Source of the DNA: Terriglobia bacterium | Lineage (GTDB): Bacteria > Acidobacteriota > Terriglobia > 20CM-2-55-15 | Direction: 5' to 3' | Assembly (NCBI GenBank): GCA_965198225.1 | Contig: CBDAOY010000006.1 | Location: 704,001-768,000, forward strand | Length of the DNA stretch: 64,000 nt | In this document: positions 10,528 through 20,418 of the stretch, in pieces | Numbering within the stretch: position 1 is the stretch's first letter | Layout: every line of letters starts with the position of its first letter | Made by a program: the position numbers and the translations under genes | Notes under the pieces: generated by a model | What the model was told of the DNA's origin: nothing | Databases searched by the model: none | Seen by the model: the letters and a program-made list of their open reading frames with translations, nothing else

Positions 10528-12102
10528 ATGGCATTCGACCCTGTAAAACTTGAAATCTTCAAGAGCCTCTTCCACTCCATAGCGGAGGAGATGGGCGCCA
10601 CACTGAAGCGTACGGCCTACTCTCCCAACATCAAGGAGCGCCGCGACTATTCGTGCGCCATCTTCGACGAATCCGGCCGGATGGTGGCCCAGGGCGACCA
10701 CATGCCGGTCCACCTGGGGTCAATGCCCCTGTCGGTCGAAGCCGCGATTGCCAACCGCTCCATCGGCCCCGGTGACATGATCGCGCTCAACGATCCTTAC
10801 AAGGGAGGGACCCATCTGCCTGATATCACGCTTGTTTCGGGTGTTTTCGTGAAGCGCCGCCTCCTGTTCTTCGTCGCGTCGCGAGCCCACCATTCCGACG
10901 TCGGCGGCATGACCCCCGGTTCGATGCCGCTGGCCCAAGAGATTTACCAGGAAGGGCTCCGAATCCCTCCGGTGAAGCTGCTCAAGGCCGGAGAGATCAA
11001 CCGGGATGTCTGGGACCTGGTCCTGCACAACGTTCGGACCCCTGAGGAACGCGACGGGGACCTTGCCGCGATGCTCGGCGCGAACCGCACCGGCGAGCGC
11101 CGGCTGGTGGAGATTCTGCGGAAGTACGGCAGAAGAGAGGTGAACCTCTACATCACCGAGTTGCTCGACTACACCGAACGCATGACCCGGCACGTCATCT
11201 CTGCGATTCCAAACGGCGCGTACGAGGCGGAGGATGTTCTCGACGACGACGGCATCGGCGACCAGCCCATAAAGATCCGAGTCCGTATCACGATTCGAGG
11301 AAGTAACGCCCGCGTCGACTTTTCCGACTCCGATCCACAGGTAGCCGGGAGCGTCAACGCCGTCTATGCCATCACGGCGTCGGTTGTCTCTTACGTCTTC
11401 CGGACGCTGGTGGGGGTTCCGATACCGGCCACCGCCGGCGGGATGAGACCGCTGGAGATCATCGCTCCCGAGGGAACGGTCGTAAACGCCCGGCCTCCGG
11501 CGGCCGTCTGCGGAGGAAACGTCGAAACCTCGCAGCGCATCGTCGACGTGCTGTACCGGTGCCTGGCTCCGGCGCTGCCGGACACCATCCCGGCTGCCAG
11601 CCAGGGAACGATGAACAACGTCACGTTCGGGGGAACTGACGATCGTACGGGAGGTGCCTTCGCCTACTACGAAACGATCGCGGGCGGTATGGGTGCCCGC
11701 CCGACCATGGATGGCATCTCGGGAGTGCATACCCACATGACCAACTCCATGAACACGCCCATCGAGGCTCTCGAGTATGCGTATCCCGTCCGAATCGAGC
11801 GTTACGGGTTGCGTCCCGGATCGGGCGGGGCGGGCCGGCATCAAGGCGGAGATGGAATCGTTCGCCATATCCGCTTTCTGACACCGGCTCAGGTGACGGT
11901 CCTGTCGGAAAGACGCCGCGTCGAACCCTACGGCCTGAGGGGAGGTCGGCCCGGGGAGTCCGGCCGCAACAGGGTCCTACGGACAGGTGGCGGCGTTGAT
12001 CGGTTCCCCTCCAAGTTCACGACCGCAGTTGAGGCCGGCGACGTTTTGTCCGTTGAAACTCCAGGTGGCGGCGGTTGGGGCCGGCCACGGAAGAAGAAAT
12101 GA
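10528..12102 (+). CDS. Hydantoinase B/oxoprolinase subunit B
   Basis: SPNIKERRDYSCA, NDPYKGGTHLPD, HHSDVGG, ETPGGGGWG. Confidence 0.93.
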   Translation: MAFDPVKLEIFKSLFHSIAEEMGATLKRTAYSPNIKERRDYSCAIFDESGRMVAQGDHMPVHLGSMPLSVEAAIANRSIGPGDMIALNDPYKGGTHLPDITLVSGVFVKRRLLFFVASRAHHSDVGGMTPGSMPLAQEIYQEGLRIPPVKLLKAGEINRDVWDLVLHNVRTPEERDGDLAAMLGANRTGERRLVEILRKYGRREVNLYITELLDYTERMTRHVISAIPNGAYEAEDVLDDDGIGDQPIKIRVRITIRGSNARVDFSDSDPQVAGSVNAVYAITASVVSYVFRTLVGVPIPATAGGMRPLEIIAPEGTVVNARPPAAVCGGNVETSQRIVDVLYRCLAPALPDTIPAASQGTMNNVTFGGTDDRTGGAFAYYETIAGGMGARPTMDGISGVHTHMTNSMNTPIEALEYAYPVRIERYGLRPGSGGAGRHQGGDGIVRHIRFLTPAQVTVLSERRRVEPYGLRGGRPGESGRNRVLRTGGGVDRFPSKFTTAVEAGDVLSVETPGGGGWGRPRKKK

Positions 12103-12203
12103 ATCTACTCTACCGCTAGGACGGGACAGACCCGTTGGACAGGAGCCCCAGCTTCAAGTCGCCACCAAGGCTTCGGCGCCTGAGAAGCGAAACTTTGGGT
12201 TCG

Positions 12204-12275
12204 GGTGTAGGTGCGCTCTATGAGCGCACAGTGTTTCGGTTCGAAGAATGTGCGGTCATAGACCGCACCTACACC
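12204..12275. repeat. REPIN (inverted pair of GTAG REPs)
   Basis: GGTGTAGGTGCGCTCTATGAGCGCAC-spacer-GTGCGGTCATAGACCGCACCTACACC. Confidence 0.85.
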
Positions 12276-12426
12276 TCCTCAGGAGATGCGCCTCTCCAAA
12301 TCTCCTCCCCTCGAAAGACTGTCTTGGACAAGGATGGCTGCACCTCAAACCCCTACGAGCGGCCGAGCCCTTCTGACAAAAATTGGCTCCAACACGACTA
12401 TTTTCTTTATACTTTCCCCATCGTTC

Positions 12427-12771
12427 ATGAGCCGTCTTGTGACATCCGGGATCGCCTTCTTTCTGCTGCCGGCCCTACTGGTTTTCAGCTTCCAGTCGGC
12501 GCTCGAGGTCTTGCATCCGATCGAGGAGGAGAGTTCTTCCCATCCTGATTTCGCCGGTGAGGGGGATATCCTTCACGATCCGTCCGAAGGCGATCACGGC
12601 GACCACGATCCGCATTTCTGTCCCCATTCGCATGCGTTCGCCCCTCTCGTACATTTAGCGGTTGCTTTCAACGACGATGCCTTCGGCGAGACCAGCGCCT
12701 CATTGTCCGATGCGCCTGTCGTGGGTTCCACCTCACGCGCTTCAGAACGCGGCCCCCCAGTCCTCCGGTAG
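12427..12771 (+). CDS. His-rich leader protein with C-terminal RGPP (DUF2946-like upstream ORF)
   Basis: Hydrophobic N-terminus, HDPSEGDHGDHDPHFCPHSH, ends ERGPPVLR; directly upstream of the TonB receptor. Confidence 0.6.
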   Translation: MSRLVTSGIAFFLLPALLVFSFQSALEVLHPIEEESSSHPDFAGEGDILHDPSEGDHGDHDPHFCPHSHAFAPLVHLAVAFNDDAFGETSASLSDAPVVGSTSRASERGPPVLR

Positions 12772-12832
12772 AAGCCCTGTTTCCTGTCCCGGGCGACGCC
12801 CGCCCGCCGCCTTCTCTATTCCGGAGGACTGA

Positions 12833-15108
12833 TTGAAGCGTTTTTCCGTTTTTCCCCTTTTAGCCTTGCTGGCGCTGCCGGTGATGCTGTCCGCCGAGGC
12901 GGGGGGCCTGTCCGCGCAGGCGGGAGGGGTCGTCGAGGGCGTTGTCTCGCTCCCCACCGAAGCCCCGGCTCACCGAGCAACCGTCATGCTGGTTCAGCTC
13001 AGTCGCATCGTCGAGACCGACGAAGAAGGGCGATACCGCTTCGAGAACGTTCCAGGAGGCACGTACGAAGTCGTCGCCATCATGTCGGCAATGAGTGCGC
13101 CGAGCCAGGTCGTCGAGGTGTCGGCCGGAGTCACAGTTTCGCTCGACATCCAGCTGGCTGTCTCGCGCCTGAGGCAGCAGATCACGGTAACTGCAACCGG
13201 CCGTGAAGAGCTGACGTTCGAGGCCGTCCCGTCGGTCACGACCTTGGATTCTTTCGAATTGTCCGAGGCCATGGCGACGTCCATCGGCGAAGTCCTGAAT
13301 GGACAGTTGGGCGTCGCGAAGCGCAGCTTCGGCGCAGGCAATGCCCGGCCGGTGGTGCGCGGTTTTGACGGCGACCGGGTTCTCGTGATGCAGGACGGGA
13401 TCCGCGTCGGTTCGCTCGGCGCTCAATCAGGCGATCATGCGGAGCCGATCGACACCAGCAGTGTGGAGCGGGTGGAAGTCGTCAAGGGACCGGCTACGCT
13501 TCTCTACGGCAGCAACGCCGTCGGCGGCGTCGTGAACGCGGTGAGCAGTCACCAGAAATTCACCAGCGGCCCCACCAGGGTCTGCGGGGCCAGGTTTCGA
13601 CTTCCTTCGGAACGGGTAATGAACAGGCGGGCGGCAGCTTCAGTTCCGAGTACGGCTTCGAGAACTGGCTCGTTTGGGTGGGTGGCGGCGGACAGCGAAC
13701 CGATGACTACTCGACGCCAATCGGAAAGATCGAAAACTCGAAGAGCCGAATAAGCAACGGGTCCGCCGGAATCGGCTGGTACTCGGACGGTGGCTTCGTA
13801 AGCGCCGGCTACAAGGCCAACGATGGACGCTCCGGCATTCCGTTCGCCGGAAGTTTGCTCGGGCGCCATGAGCCAGGAGGCGAAGAAGCGGCAGCGGGAG
13901 AGGAAGAGGTCGAAGCCATCGACGTTGCCTTCCGCCGGCACAACGTGCACTTCACCGGCGGTCTCCGAGACCTCGGATCCACCATTGAGGGTTTCGAGCT
14001 CTCGCTGAACTACACGGACTGGAACCAGGACGAAGTCGAAACGCTGCGAGGCGGGATCCAGGAAGTCGGAACGACGTTCGAAAACAAGCAGTTCGTGTAC
14101 CGCGGGGTGTTCGAACAGGCGCGCCGCGGGGTGCTCGGCGGAAGCTTTGGTTTCTGGGGCATGACCCGGGACTACGAGCCCAAGGGCGAGGAGGCGCTGT
14201 CGCCTCCCGTCGACAAGAGAGCGTTCGCGGCTTTTGCGCTGGAGGAACTGGTGTACGACCGCGTAAAAGTTCATCTCGGAGGACGACTCGAACACACCCG
14301 GTACGAGCCAAAGGCGCCGGGCGCCGAGCGGACGGAGTTTTCGAGCCAGGCTTTCACCGGGCTCTCCGCCGGCATCGGCGCCCGCTTCGACCTGTGGTCG
14401 GGCGGGGCGTTCGTCGCCAACTACACGAGCTCGTTTCGCGCTCCAGCGTTGGAAGAGCTTTACAACTTCGGTCCGCACGTCGGCAATCTCACCTTTGAAA
14501 TCGGTAACCCGGACCTTGAACGCGAGCGTTCCAACGGCCTCGACTTCTCCCTCCGGCATCAACAGAGCCGCATCAGCGGTGAGGCCAATTTTTTTTACTA
14601 CGACCTCGACAACTTTGTATTCCTGGCGCCGACGGGTGAAATCGAAAGCGGTCTGACGGAGGCCGTATACGATCAGGGCGACAGCCGGTTCCTGGGAGCG
14701 GAAGTCAAACTCGACGTCGGGATCAACGACAGCATCTGGTTGACCCTGGTCCTGGATACGGTGGACACGCGACTCGAGGCAACCGATGGTGCGCTGCCCC
14801 GGATACCACCACTGCGGGGCACAGTCGGGCTTGACCTCCGGTCCAACGATTTCAGCGTGAGACCGGAAGTGGTCATGGCCGATTCACGGGACGACGTGTT
14901 TTCGACCGAGACGTCGACACCGGGCTACACCGTCTTCAACCTCAGGGCTTCCTACACGATTCCGCAGCAACATCTCGCCCACCACTTGTCGGTCAACTTC
15001 TTCAACATCGGCGACCGGCTCTACCGGAACCACGTGAGCTTCATAAAGGATCTCGCTCCCGAGATCGGGCGCGGGATTCGGTTCTCCTATGCGGTCAAGT
15101 ACTTCTAG
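12833..15108 (+). pseudogene. TonB-dependent receptor, frameshifted at ~13555 (pseudogene or sequencing error)
   Basis: Plug motif VERVEVVKGPATLLYGSNAVGGVVN, FRAPALEELY, C-terminal Phe; one added base restores HQ(E)IHQRPHQGLRGQVSTSFGTGNEQAGG into ORF 13678-15108. Confidence 0.85.
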
Positions 15109-15356
15109 GTGAGTGGGAAGTGACGAGTGATGAGTGACAAGTGACGGGTCGGAGCCTTGTCTCTCGTCACCATCCCTTGCCCCCAACTGACTACTGACAA
15201 CTGACTACTCGCTGGTGTATAAGGGTCGCCAAATCTCAGATTAGGAATCTTGCGGAGGCGACCAGCTCGATGCTGATCGCCCACAGCACGCTGGATCTTC
15301 TCTGCGCCCGGAGGGCAAACGCTTCAGACATGGGGATCCGGCGTCCAGGAGGACAC

Positions 15357-17231
15357 ATGCAGTCCACCAGGTACGATTTGTACACAAAGTGTTGGCTTCT
15401 CTTGCTCACGACTGTTCTGGTGCTGGCAGGCGACGCCAGAGCGCAGAGAACGGTTAAACCCACCCTGCACGGCAAGCACTGGGTCGCCATCACTGGTAAG
15501 CCTCTGGGCGCGACCGCCGGCGCGATGATGTTTCAGAAAGGAGGCAATGCCGTCGACGCGGCCTGCGCCATGCTGGGTGCGACCGCGACCATGTTTGATG
15601 CACTGAGCTGGGGAGGCGAGACCCAGGCGCTGATATTCAATCCTCACACCGGCAGAGTCCACGGAATCAACGCTCTCGGTGTGGCCCCGACCGGAGCAAC
15701 CCCCGAATTCTTCCGCAAAGAAGGCATGCCCTACCCGCCGGCCTACGGCCCTCTGGCCGCCGTGACCCCGGGAACACCGGGGGGCCTGCTCGTGATGCTG
15801 GCGGAGTACGGCACACTGAGCCTCAAGGAGGTTCTGGAACCCTCGATGCAGATGGCGGAAGGCTATCCGATAGAGCAGCAGGCCGCCGACAGCATCGAGG
15901 AGCAAAAGGATCGGATCAAGCAGTGGCCATACTCCCGAAAGGTGTTTCTGCCCCACATCGGTGAGGACCGCGAAGCGCCCTACGCGGGCGAGATCTTCCG
16001 ACAACCGGAACTTCTGGAGACTCTGCGCAAGCTGATCGAGGCCGAGGAGCGTGCACTGGCGGAAGGCAAGACCCGAAAAGAAGCCATCTACGCGGCATAC
16101 GAGCGATTCTACAAGGGCGACATCGCCATGGAATTCGTGCGAGGGTCTCGAGAGCAGGGTGGCCTGCACACGCTTGAAGACCTTGCGAACTGGGAGGTGT
16201 ACATCGAAGACCCGGTCGTGACGAGCTACCGGGATATCGACGTGTACAAGCTGACCACCTGGGTCCAGGGGCCGGTCCTGCTGCAGACCCTGAACATACT
16301 GGAGAATGCCGACCTCCGATCGATGGAATACAACAGCACACGGTACATCCACACGCTGTACCAGGCGATGAACCTCGCCTTCGCCGACCGCGACTTCTAC
16401 TACGGCGACCCGTACTTTCCTCCCGAGGAGCCGATCCGGGGGCTGCTGTCCAAGGACTATGCCAGGCAGCGCTATGCCGAGATCGATTGGGAACGGAACG
16501 ATCCCAACACCAAGCCCGGAGATCCATATCCATTCCAGAGGGAAGAGAATCCGTACCTCGATCTTCTGGAGCGATGGAACAAACCCGGGACCGAGTCCGA
16601 GGCGGCAGTAGCGTCTTCAGGAGAGCGTTCGTTCGAGGAAGGTTTCTTTGCCGGAACCACGTCGATTCAGGCCGCGGACGAGGAAGGGTGGGTGGTCTCG
16701 ATCACTCCAAGCGGCGGGTGGATTCTGGCGACCCTGGCGGGTCGGACGGGAATCGGGATGAGCCAGCGCATGCAGAGCTTCGTCCTCGACGAAACCCAGA
16801 ACCCGTTCAACGTCGTCGAGCCGGGCAAGCGGCCGCGCGCAACTTTGACACCGAGCCTGGCTCTGAAGGATGGCCGGCCGTTCCTGTCTTTCGCGGTTCA
16901 GGGGGGAGACAGTCAAGACCAGAATCTTCTACAGTTTTTCCTGAACGTCGTCGAGTTCGGAATGAACGTGCAGCAGGCGGTCGAAGCATCGAACATCAAC
17001 AGCTTCCAGATGAGGAGCTCGTTCGATGCGCACGAGTCTCAGCCCGGGCGGCTGACCCTGAACGATTCCGTTCCACCGTGGGTCCGGGCCGAACTGCAGA
17101 GGATGGGCTACAGCCTCGCTTTCAGTCCACGGACCTCCGGTCCCATCACCGCCATTTTCTTCGACCGCGTGCATGGAACGATGTGGGGAGGAGCCAGCCA
17201 CCATGGGGAGGACTACGGCATAGCGTGGTAG
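15357..17231 (+). CDS. ggt: Gamma-glutamyltransferase family protein
   Basis: AGGAGG RBS; GGNAVDAA, AFADRD, GTTSI nucleophile, PGKRP. Confidence 0.88.
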   Translation: MQSTRYDLYTKCWLLLLTTVLVLAGDARAQRTVKPTLHGKHWVAITGKPLGATAGAMMFQKGGNAVDAACAMLGATATMFDALSWGGETQALIFNPHTGRVHGINALGVAPTGATPEFFRKEGMPYPPAYGPLAAVTPGTPGGLLVMLAEYGTLSLKEVLEPSMQMAEGYPIEQQAADSIEEQKDRIKQWPYSRKVFLPHIGEDREAPYAGEIFRQPELLETLRKLIEAEERALAEGKTRKEAIYAAYERFYKGDIAMEFVRGSREQGGLHTLEDLANWEVYIEDPVVTSYRDIDVYKLTTWVQGPVLLQTLNILENADLRSMEYNSTRYIHTLYQAMNLAFADRDFYYGDPYFPPEEPIRGLLSKDYARQRYAEIDWERNDPNTKPGDPYPFQREENPYLDLLERWNKPGTESEAAVASSGERSFEEGFFAGTTSIQAADEEGWVVSITPSGGWILATLAGRTGIGMSQRMQSFVLDETQNPFNVVEPGKRPRATLTPSLALKDGRPFLSFAVQGGDSQDQNLLQFFLNVVEFGMNVQQAVEASNINSFQMRSSFDAHESQPGRLTLNDSVPPWVRAELQRMGYSLAFSPRTSGPITAIFFDRVHGTMWGGASHHGEDYGIAW

Positions 17232-17296
17232 TCGCGGTTGTTTAGGCGAGTCCGAAATCATCGAGCGGCGACTTACCGACGCTCCTGCTTGCCGGA

Positions 17297-17956
17297 CACC
17301 CGGGGCCAGGGCCAGGCCCCTGTCCCCCCCTCACATTGGCTCTCTCGGGGTTCGTATCGCGAAACGTAGACGCCCGGATTGCAAATTGCGGTATTAAAAA
17401 CAATCCGCATTGCACGTTGCTCATTGGAAATTGCTTCATTTCAGATTTTTCTGCTCGACCGATCACCAATTGAGCAATTTCCAATCTCCAAGCTGCAATG
17501 CGGATTTGTCCATTAATCAATTTGCGATAGATCGATTTCATCCCTGACACGGGAAAAGGTCGGTCGCTTCGCGACCCTTCGTCCTAAGCGAAGACCCGGA
17601 GACAAGGCCAGGCCGCCTGTCCCCCTCACATCGGCTCTCTGGGGTTTCGTGTCGCGAAACGTAGACGCCTGCAAAGACCGGTGTCTGGATTGCAAATTGC
17701 GGTATTGAAAACAATCCGCATTTCACGTTGCTCATTGGAAATTGCTTCATTTCAGATTTTTCTGCTCGACCGATCACCAATTGAGCAATTTCCAATCTCC
17801 AAGCTGCAATGCGGATTTGTCCATTAATCAATTTGCGATAGATCGGTTTCATCCCTGACACGGGAAAAGGTCGGTCGCTTCGCGACCCTTCGTCCTAAGC
17901 GAAGACCCGGAAACAGGGCCAGGCCGCGAGTCCCCCTCACACTGACTCTCTCGCGG
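17297..17956. repeat. Tandem duplication (period ~311 bp) of a composite repeat block (families A and B)
   Basis: 17376-17650 nearly identical to 17687-17950. Confidence 0.88.
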
Positions 17957-18098
17957 TTCCTTATGGTTCTAACTGACTACTGACTACTCGCCGCGCCAGC
18001 GGCGTGTCACTCATCACTCGTCACCAATCGCCTCCCAACTGACTACTGACAACTGACTACTCGCGCCGCGCCAGCGGCGCGCCCCCTTTTGTCCTTGA

Positions 18099-18563
18099 TT
18101 GCTTCTTCGACTCTGCATTAGCGTCTTGGGCATGCAATCCGTACGAATCGCGATGCTTGTCACCACTCTCACGATGCCTGTAGTCCATGCGGAGGCTCAG
18201 TCGTTGGTCCAGTTGCGGGATGTGCTCGAAGACCTCGTGGAAGTTCCGGCGGTCTCGGGCCACGAGGGTCCGCTCGCCGGGTTCATCGCGGATCGATTGC
18301 GGGAGAGTGGATTCGAGGTGGACATCGACCGGATGTCCAATGTGACAGTCACGATCGGCTCGGGGAGCCCGCACCGGTTGCTGGTTGCGAACATCGACGA
18401 GCGCGGTTGCGTTGTGTCCGGTTGGACCGACGACGGGTATCTGCGAATGGCCCGCATCGGCCTCAGTCCGTCTCACCACTCTCACTCACCCGTCGAGGTG
18501 CTCGCGAAGAATGACCTGGAAGCCCTGGCCGAGATCATCCGTTATCTCGTCGTCGAGTTCTGA
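18099..18563 (+). pseudogene. Internally deleted M42/M20-family peptidase remnant
   Basis: N-terminal motifs (VPAVSGHE, DRMSNV, LLVANIDE, DDGYLR) joined directly to the C-terminal motif HSPVEV...DLE; only 154 aa. Confidence 0.65.
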
Positions 18564-18584
18564 CGTCTCTCCGGACCATAAGCG

Positions 18585-19274
18585 ATGCCCGTAACGACAC
18601 GCATCCCGGAAGGCTGGTTTTGGATGGGTTCCGACGATTACCACCAGTCCGAGGCGCCCCGCCACCGGGTGTGGCTCGATTCCTTCGAATTGGCTCGGAC
18701 GACGGTCACGCACCGCGATTACGCGCAGTTCCTCGCGGCCACCGATCATGAACCGCCGAAGGGTTGGGGTGATGAGAATTTTTCCCTTCCGGAGCAACCC
18801 GTGGTGGGCGCGAGTTGGTTCGACGCCGTTGTCTACTGCGAGTGGTTGAGCGACTTGATGGGCAGGACTTATCGGTTGCCAACCGAGGCCGAATGGGAGA
18901 AAGCCTGTCGGGGCTCCGAGGAGGGCGGTCTCTACTACTGGGGAAACGAACCGCCCGAGACCCTCGACTACTTCCAGGGTAACTGGGACGGGCCGCGCTC
19001 GGTCGCGGAGTGGCGACCGAATAACTACGGCCTGTGGAACATGGGCGACAACGTCCACGAATGGTGCCAGGACTGGTATTCCGCCGATTACTATGCGATT
19101 TCACTCGGCCACAACCCGACCGGGCCCGTGAAGGGAACGCGTCGTGTTTCGCGGGGGGGATCGTGGCGTCACGAAATCAAGGCTTCCCGCATCACCCAGC
19201 GAAGCAGCATCCCGCCTTCCTACCGGTACACCGACTACGGTTTCCGGGTGGCCGCGAGCGTTGAGGCCCAGTAG
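18585..19274 (+). CDS. Formylglycine-generating enzyme (FGE-sulfatase) family protein
   Basis: FWMGS, PVVGASWFDA, RLPTEAEWEKA, NNYGLWNM, RGGSW, GFRV. Confidence 0.9.
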   Translation: MPVTTRIPEGWFWMGSDDYHQSEAPRHRVWLDSFELARTTVTHRDYAQFLAATDHEPPKGWGDENFSLPEQPVVGASWFDAVVYCEWLSDLMGRTYRLPTEAEWEKACRGSEEGGLYYWGNEPPETLDYFQGNWDGPRSVAEWRPNNYGLWNMGDNVHEWCQDWYSADYYAISLGHNPTGPVKGTRRVSRGGSWRHEIKASRITQRSSIPPSYRYTDYGFRVAASVEAQ

Positions 19275-19297
19275 CCGTTGCCTGCCCAACTTACCGT

Positions 19298-20281
19298 CTA
19301 TGGTGCGAAGTAGCCGTTGCGGGTCCGAACCGTGGACCCATCGCGGGTTCGAACGCGGATGTCGTGCCACCCGCGCCGCTCGACGTTGGAGGGGTAGTAA
19401 CCGAGCGTGTACTGGCTTCGAAGCTCGGCGGAGACCTCATCGAGGACCACGTCGATTTCGGTGGCGCTCCCACCCGTCCAAGTGCTCGAGACCAGGTATG
19501 CCTTGCCCCCGCTCGCCTCACCGAATGACCGCAGTACTTCCATGTCGACCGGTTCGTCGACGATGTTGGACGGCACTCCCCGCACACCCGGTACCGGAGA
19601 CAACGGCCAGTCGAAGGAGACGTGCTCGGTAGGGTCGGCGAACCGGGTTGGGTCGATCCCCAGGCCGTAGATCAGCATTTCTGACTTACGGACCGCCTCG
19701 AGGGTTTCCTCAAACTCCAGGGAACTGCTCGTGTCGTCTCCGTCGGTGAGCAGCAGTACGGCCCGCTTGTCGTGACGTCCATCCACGACTTTGTCGAGCC
19801 CCGCCGAAAGCGCATCGTAGAGGGCCGTCCCCCCGACGGCGCGAACTCTTCTCAGGGATCGCGACAGCTTCTCTCGGTCGCTGGTGATGTCTTGAATCAG
19901 CGAAACGCCTCCCGAGAAAGTCATGATGAACACGTCGTCATCCTCGTGCAATGTCCCGATGAATCGGTCTACCGCTCCCAGCGCCGTCCGCATTCGACGT
20001 TGCATGCTGCCGCTGGTGTCGATGACGATGCCCACGCTGGCCGGGATGTTCCGGTCCTGGGTGAAATGCACGATCTCCTGGGGGATCCCCCCGTCCTCGA
20101 TGATGAAGTCGTCTGCCGTGAGGTCGTCGACGTAACGCCCGTCTTGGTCCGTGACCGTCGCGACTACACTGACGAGCTGGATGTCGACCTGGAGAGTGTC
20201 CTGCTGTTGGCCGAACGATGGCAGGATTGCGACGACAAACGCCACGGCGAGTCCGGCAGCTGTTGGTACTCGTTTGCTCAT
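19298..20281 (-). CDS. Secreted VWA-domain protein (acidobacterial VWFA-related)
   Basis: Signal peptide, DTSGSM MIDAS motif, TALYDA, LLTDG, LRSQYTLGY. Confidence 0.88.
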   Translation of the reverse strand: MSKRVPTAAGLAVAFVVAILPSFGQQQDTLQVDIQLVSVVATVTDQDGRYVDDLTADDFIIEDGGIPQEIVHFTQDRNIPASVGIVIDTSGSMQRRMRTALGAVDRFIGTLHEDDDVFIMTFSGGVSLIQDITSDREKLSRSLRRVRAVGGTALYDALSAGLDKVVDGRHDKRAVLLLTDGDDTSSSLEFEETLEAVRKSEMLIYGLGIDPTRFADPTEHVSFDWPLSPVPGVRGVPSNIVDEPVDMEVLRSFGEASGGKAYLVSSTWTGGSATEIDVVLDEVSAELRSQYTLGYYPSNVERRGWHDIRVRTRDGSTVRTRNGYFAP

Positions 20282-20418
20282 GGCTTCAGCCTGATAGGGC
20301 CCACCGCCCGGTGGTCAGGGAGTTCGAACGCCCCTTGAATTGCTCCACCGGGCGGCTTACCCATGCGCTATGAACTAAGACGGTGATTGCCCATGATCGT
20401 TAACATGAGACTGCGATT

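Noticed and set aside
18585-19274. FGE (C-type-lectin fold) gene as a remote DGR target
   Set aside because: Its 3' end shows no nucleotide similarity to the TR at 31078-31183
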